Shown: positions 61,501 through 64,000 of the stretch, one piece after another | Position numbering within the stretch: the first letter of the stretch is position 1 | Layout of the letters: every line of letters starts with the position of its first letter | Virus record (IMG/VR): IMGVR_UViG_3300021387_001066 | Coordinates: 1 to 64,000 of that record | Source of the DNA: a virus | Lineage: Duplodnaviria; Caudoviricetes | Length of the DNA stretch: 64,000 nucleotides | Reading direction: 5' to 3' (one strand) | Made by a program: the position numbers and the translations under genes | Notes under the pieces: model-generated | What the model saw: only the letters and a program-made list of their open reading frames with translations | What the model was told of the DNA's origin: nothing | Database searches by the model: none

Positions 61501-63576
61501 AGAGCCATCTTCCTGAACATAGTAATACAAGTTCTTAGTATTCTCATTATGCTGGAGTCCTGTATACAAATAGCTAATCAGTGGTTTGTTTGCAGCAGTA
61601 TCATCTAATGCTACCTTAACCACTCCTTCATCCCATTCCCATGAGGTAGTTGTGCTTCCTTCTGTACTACTGCCCTCACGCTGCCACTCATCATTCCTAA
61701 ACAATGCGTACTTATTATCACTCCCAAGGTCTATTGCACCAAAGTCATAGTATATATAAGTAATTCTTGTCCTAGAACTGCTTGCCCCATATTGTGATGT
61801 TCTTTCTTGTTTCATCTTAAGAGAACCTCTTGTAAGAATAGTATCAATCTTAGTAGGATCGGTAAACTGTACTATCATTACATACTTTTTAGTTGTTGGA
61901 TACTCAAATCCAGTAAAAGGAATAGGTTCTATTGGAGCATCTGGATCATACGCAAAGGTAGTAATTTCTGTATACTCAGAAGTATCTTCATAAACTACAG
62001 GCATCTCTGTACTAGCCATAAAAGGTCTGAAGAACCAAGAAGACTGAGCAAATGGAGAGTTGTCACACCTGTCCATTACATTGAATACAGTAGGATTGAG
62101 TACTCCCTGACAGAGTACTTGTCTGTCTGCAATATTTGGATAGACTATGACTGGCCTTATTCTCTTGTAGATGGAATAGTCAAATCCTTTAGTTTCCCCA
62201 TGATTCTTTAGATATGTATCTATAGCTGCGAAATTAATAGATGCACTGGCATCTACAAGATTTATAGTGTCACTATAGACATTTGTCCTTGGGTAGAGTT
62301 CATTCTCCTTATCTCCGAGGAAAATAGGCTCAGACCATTCTCCAGTTCTCTTCTGAAGTTGAAAACCAAATCTATACTTCTCGCCACCCTTGAAAGTTGA
62401 TATTTCCCTAAGGCTCTTATTGAGCATGTTAGTGTTAGTATAGATACTGTAGGAATGATCAAGCACAATCTGCTTGGCAGTATCAGTATTGCTATACACA
62501 ATGCCGTTATTGCCTTCATAATAGCTTCTTTGAGTGTCAAAGTATTCCTGAATCTTGGTAACAGAAAAATTAGGCTGAGTAATATTACCCATGAATAAGG
62601 TGTTATCCTTATCTGCCATAGTATAGGCAGTGATTTCCTTACCCCCAATATACAGAAGCTCATAAGGGTCTACAGTATTACCAGTTGTACCATTGTCTGT
62701 ATAAATAAGCTGACCGCCTGTTATTGGAATATCAACCACTCTTCTTACAAAGGCATCAAGATTTAAGGAAGTCCTTTGAATAGCATATAGCCTTACATAG
62801 TCAAAGTTAGTATCAGCAGAATTAATTGTAATGGTAAAGCTGTTAGTCACCTTATCTTCTGGACTTGCCCCTCTTTCACTATGAGAAAGATAGTATAATG
62901 TAGAACACCAGATGATATTGCTCTGCTGCCCATACTTATTAACATAGGTATAACAATACTGTATTACACCTGGTGCAAAAAGACCACTTGAACTATTGTT
63001 CTTCTCGACAGTAGCACTGTCTGTCATTGCATAAGAAGGCACAAAGTCAAAGAAGAAATCCTCTACCTGTGTAGTAGCATCCCACTTTGCAAGCTGCTCA
63101 GCATTGGCTATGTTTATAAGCCTTGGTTGATTAACTCCATCAGTCCAATAGACTTTCTGAATATGCTCTGCTTCATAGTATACAAGAGTCTCCAGAGGAT
63201 GCTCTACGCTGAAGTTAAGATGCCCACTAAACAGCTTTTTGCCTTTCATTGAAGTCTTTGAAGTATCACTATACCACAGCAGATAGATATAATCAGGCTC
63301 TTGGTTAGAGCTTGTAGTGAATATAATCAACTGATGATTAAGTACAGCAGTGCCAATAGGAGTGCCCTGAAGTACAAGTGCTATATCTTCAGTGCCATCT
63401 TGTATGATGTTTATAGCTGCAGGTCCCTTCTCATTCACCCAACTCATCATGGTATTGTTCTCATTGGTAGAGAGCCTTAGGTTCACATTCTCAAATGTAA
63501 ACTCTGGATTGAATGCAGAAACTGATAAGTCCCTGTTCATTCCTTTAGTTTTCCAAGCTGTTACTTTCTTTCCCAT
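58558..63576 (-). CDS. tail stabilisation/muzzle protein (P22 gp10-like, crAss type)
   Basis: KGMNRDLS N-terminus; YYEAEHIQKVYWTDG; GDTYYQRYDCLK; GSINAIRRLNNQLIAFQD; IANSGKV. Confidence 0.8.
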   Translation of the reverse strand: MGKKVTAWKTKGMNRDLSVSAFNPEFTFENVNLRLSTNENNTMMSWVNEKGPAAINIIQDGTEDIALVLQGTPIGTAVLNHQLIIFTTSSNQEPDYIYLLWYSDTSKTSMKGKKLFSGHLNFSVEHPLETLVYYEAEHIQKVYWTDGVNQPRLINIANAEQLAKWDATTQVEDFFFDFVPSYAMTDSATVEKNNSSSGLFAPGVIQYCYTYVNKYGQQSNIIWCSTLYYLSHSERGASPEDKVTNSFTITINSADTNFDYVRLYAIQRTSLNLDAFVRRVVDIPITGGQLIYTDNGTTGNTVDPYELLYIGGKEITAYTMADKDNTLFMGNITQPNFSVTKIQEYFDTQRSYYEGNNGIVYSNTDTAKQIVLDHSYSIYTNTNMLNKSLREISTFKGGEKYRFGFQLQKRTGEWSEPIFLGDKENELYPRTNVYSDTINLVDASASINFAAIDTYLKNHGETKGFDYSIYKRIRPVIVYPNIADRQVLCQGVLNPTVFNVMDRCDNSPFAQSSWFFRPFMASTEMPVVYEDTSEYTEITTFAYDPDAPIEPIPFTGFEYPTTKKYVMIVQFTDPTKIDTILTRGSLKMKQERTSQYGASSSRTRITYIYYDFGAIDLGSDNKYALFRNDEWQREGSSTEGSTTTSWEWDEGVVKVALDDTAANKPLISYLYTGLQHNENTKNLYYYVQEDGSSMTDVSFWFHDNVTGYVVKLSSIDQMAQDYNINTSNISGDWLRYKHYDSIYSSQEAQQDTDLTRMVEIQGSVGTNISPIYKYVQGNIGDPNRTGAARRGGRIGVDIESPSNTQFYVDQSIVTFHSPDLDFDTDVQTYGTDNLKLKIIGAVPITASVSAHSITTSSAMLETLHNNSTDSSLFQYGSGENNSTVIHENVDIFGGKRLVADFLWNDVFVQKKTDKDLDANDQVETKGAIYDFPVYPWHRSGSLNNDMRPAEYASSLLKTKKESTMLYSINTEYFHEHGNLSNINLDAVECQIHLQENDYVHNMRLPRQKETSSEINYYPNIDKVLYNKDGYRIFTLTDSEGENSSDSTAEERTRQRAGGRVISKSSDTQEKVTSPILMKYKSGTHAVLALGLNDNNDIKLLPYGIWGNIHVGQYENPVDDSNAYESFWGDTKMTFYHTGVNMSNLFKHNNTPIAHNFLWIGELYKEPINQFGGNTLDALMHNNWLVAGPTMNIDGVSSITLKWTDGDTYYQRYDCLKTYAFTPEDTNQLVEILSFMCETHVNIDGRYDRNRGQVDNTNMSPVNFNLLNPVYSQKDNFFTSKKVEDGGLTEHVYPNQYYYSQTKIPGADVDEYTHVTLASTDYLDGDKGSINAIRRLNNQLIAFQDTGISQILYNENVQISSTEGVPIEIANSGKVQGKRYFSDTIGCSNKWAIATAPTGLYFMDSKDKSIYLFNGQLQNLSLQGGFNVWSKQNIPSSDFKWNPVDYDNFTAYYDKLNQDILFTNKNTSLAFSERMNAFTSFYDYGSTPYFNNLDDTGVWVRADGSLWKHNAGEYCNFFGVNKPFSMTLVGNPEPTTDKIFTNLEFRATIDGEGTETDNKFTPTLPFDYLEAWDEYQHGKAILSHMTGHKSVLHHTSDGLAAIKRKFRMWACDIPRDNAPLASDAGMNIKRFKVRPMDRMRNPWVYLKLQKNAAESGSYQHRTEVHDMTMIYFS

Positions 63577-63579
63577 GAT

Positions 63580-64000
63580 TTAGTGCTTTCTTAAATATTC
63601 TCTATCTCCCAAGTTTTTAAACCCATTATCAAATTCGCGCATTCTTGGAATGAGTGAAGTATTATAGCGAGTAATAGCCTCCATTTCACTTATCGAAGGC
63701 ATCTGGAACTCACTCTGCAGCTCTTTAGCAAGTACAGCATATTCCTGCTTAGCATTCTGCAAAACCCCTGCTGAAAGCTGACCAGTATCAAACTTTACTG
63801 TGAATACCTGCTTCTTGATATATGCCTCAAGAGCCCCAAGATACACCTCATTGTCTATCAAGAGTGGGAAACCCTCTTCATCCACTGGAATGGACTTATA
63901 TTCAACACCTACTACCCCTTCTGGAAAGTTAGTGAATAGGCACCTTCCCTGTGTCTTGAATGCAGGTTCCTCACCATATCTCCACTGATGAGGAATATAC
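63580..64000 (-). CDS. tail tubular/ring protein, partial (5' end outside the window)
   Basis: open frame to the window end; EYKSIPVDEEGFPLLIDN...ALEAYIK; precedes the muzzle gene. Confidence 0.7.
   Translation of the reverse strand, partial: YIPHQWRYGEEPAFKTQGRCLFTNFPEGVVGVEYKSIPVDEEGFPLLIDNEVYLGALEAYIKKQVFTVKFDTGQLSAGVLQNAKQEYAVLAKELQSEFQMPSISEMEAITRYNTSLIPRMREFDNGFKNLGDREYLRKH

Noticed and set aside
1-64000. Alternative genetic code (TAG=Gln or TGA=Trp)
   Set aside because: All long genes, up to 2811 aa, are intact in code 11. TGA and the single TAG fall at natural gene ends.
1-64000. Diversity-generating retroelement
   Set aside because: No reverse transcriptase, and no TR/VR pair with adenine-specific mismatches was seen.

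Overview
A 64-kb internal segment of a crAss-like (Crassvirales-type) dsDNA phage genome read in the standard genetic code. Host-type TAnnTTTG promoters and AT-rich leaders lacking Shine-Dalgarno sites point to a Bacteroidota host. 1-5.4 kb (+): small, mosaic accessory genes. 5.4-5.8 kb: tRNA-Arg(CCT) inside a cluster of GTGA-loop hairpins. 5.8-30.6 kb (+): replication, recombination and nucleotide-metabolism module (Myb-like protein, SF2 helicase, DnaB-like helicase, AAA ATPase, SSB-like protein, primase, rIIA/rIIB, UDG, endonuclease, exonuclease, dUTPase, retropepsin, PolA, RNase H, DUF932-like), interrupted by a 650-bp highly structured non-coding region at 26.15-26.8 kb. 30.8-44.2 kb (+): single-chain virion RNA polymerase (DFDID motif) and a 1638-aa partner. 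From 44.2 kb (-): an isolated moron-like gene, a 2729-aa ejection-type protein carrying PD-(D/E)XK and ADP-ribosyltransferase-like domains, two cargo proteins, the tail muzzle/stabilisation protein and part of a tail ring protein. Best leads: an ART-like domain and a degenerate Macro-like domain in two probably co-ejected giant proteins; two candidate structured ncRNAs; a hairpin array with spacers antisense to translation-start-like sequence; a degenerate membrane-anchored Prim-Pol moron; a linker-bounded modular accessory gene. All domain calls come from motif recognition by eye; no database searches were run.
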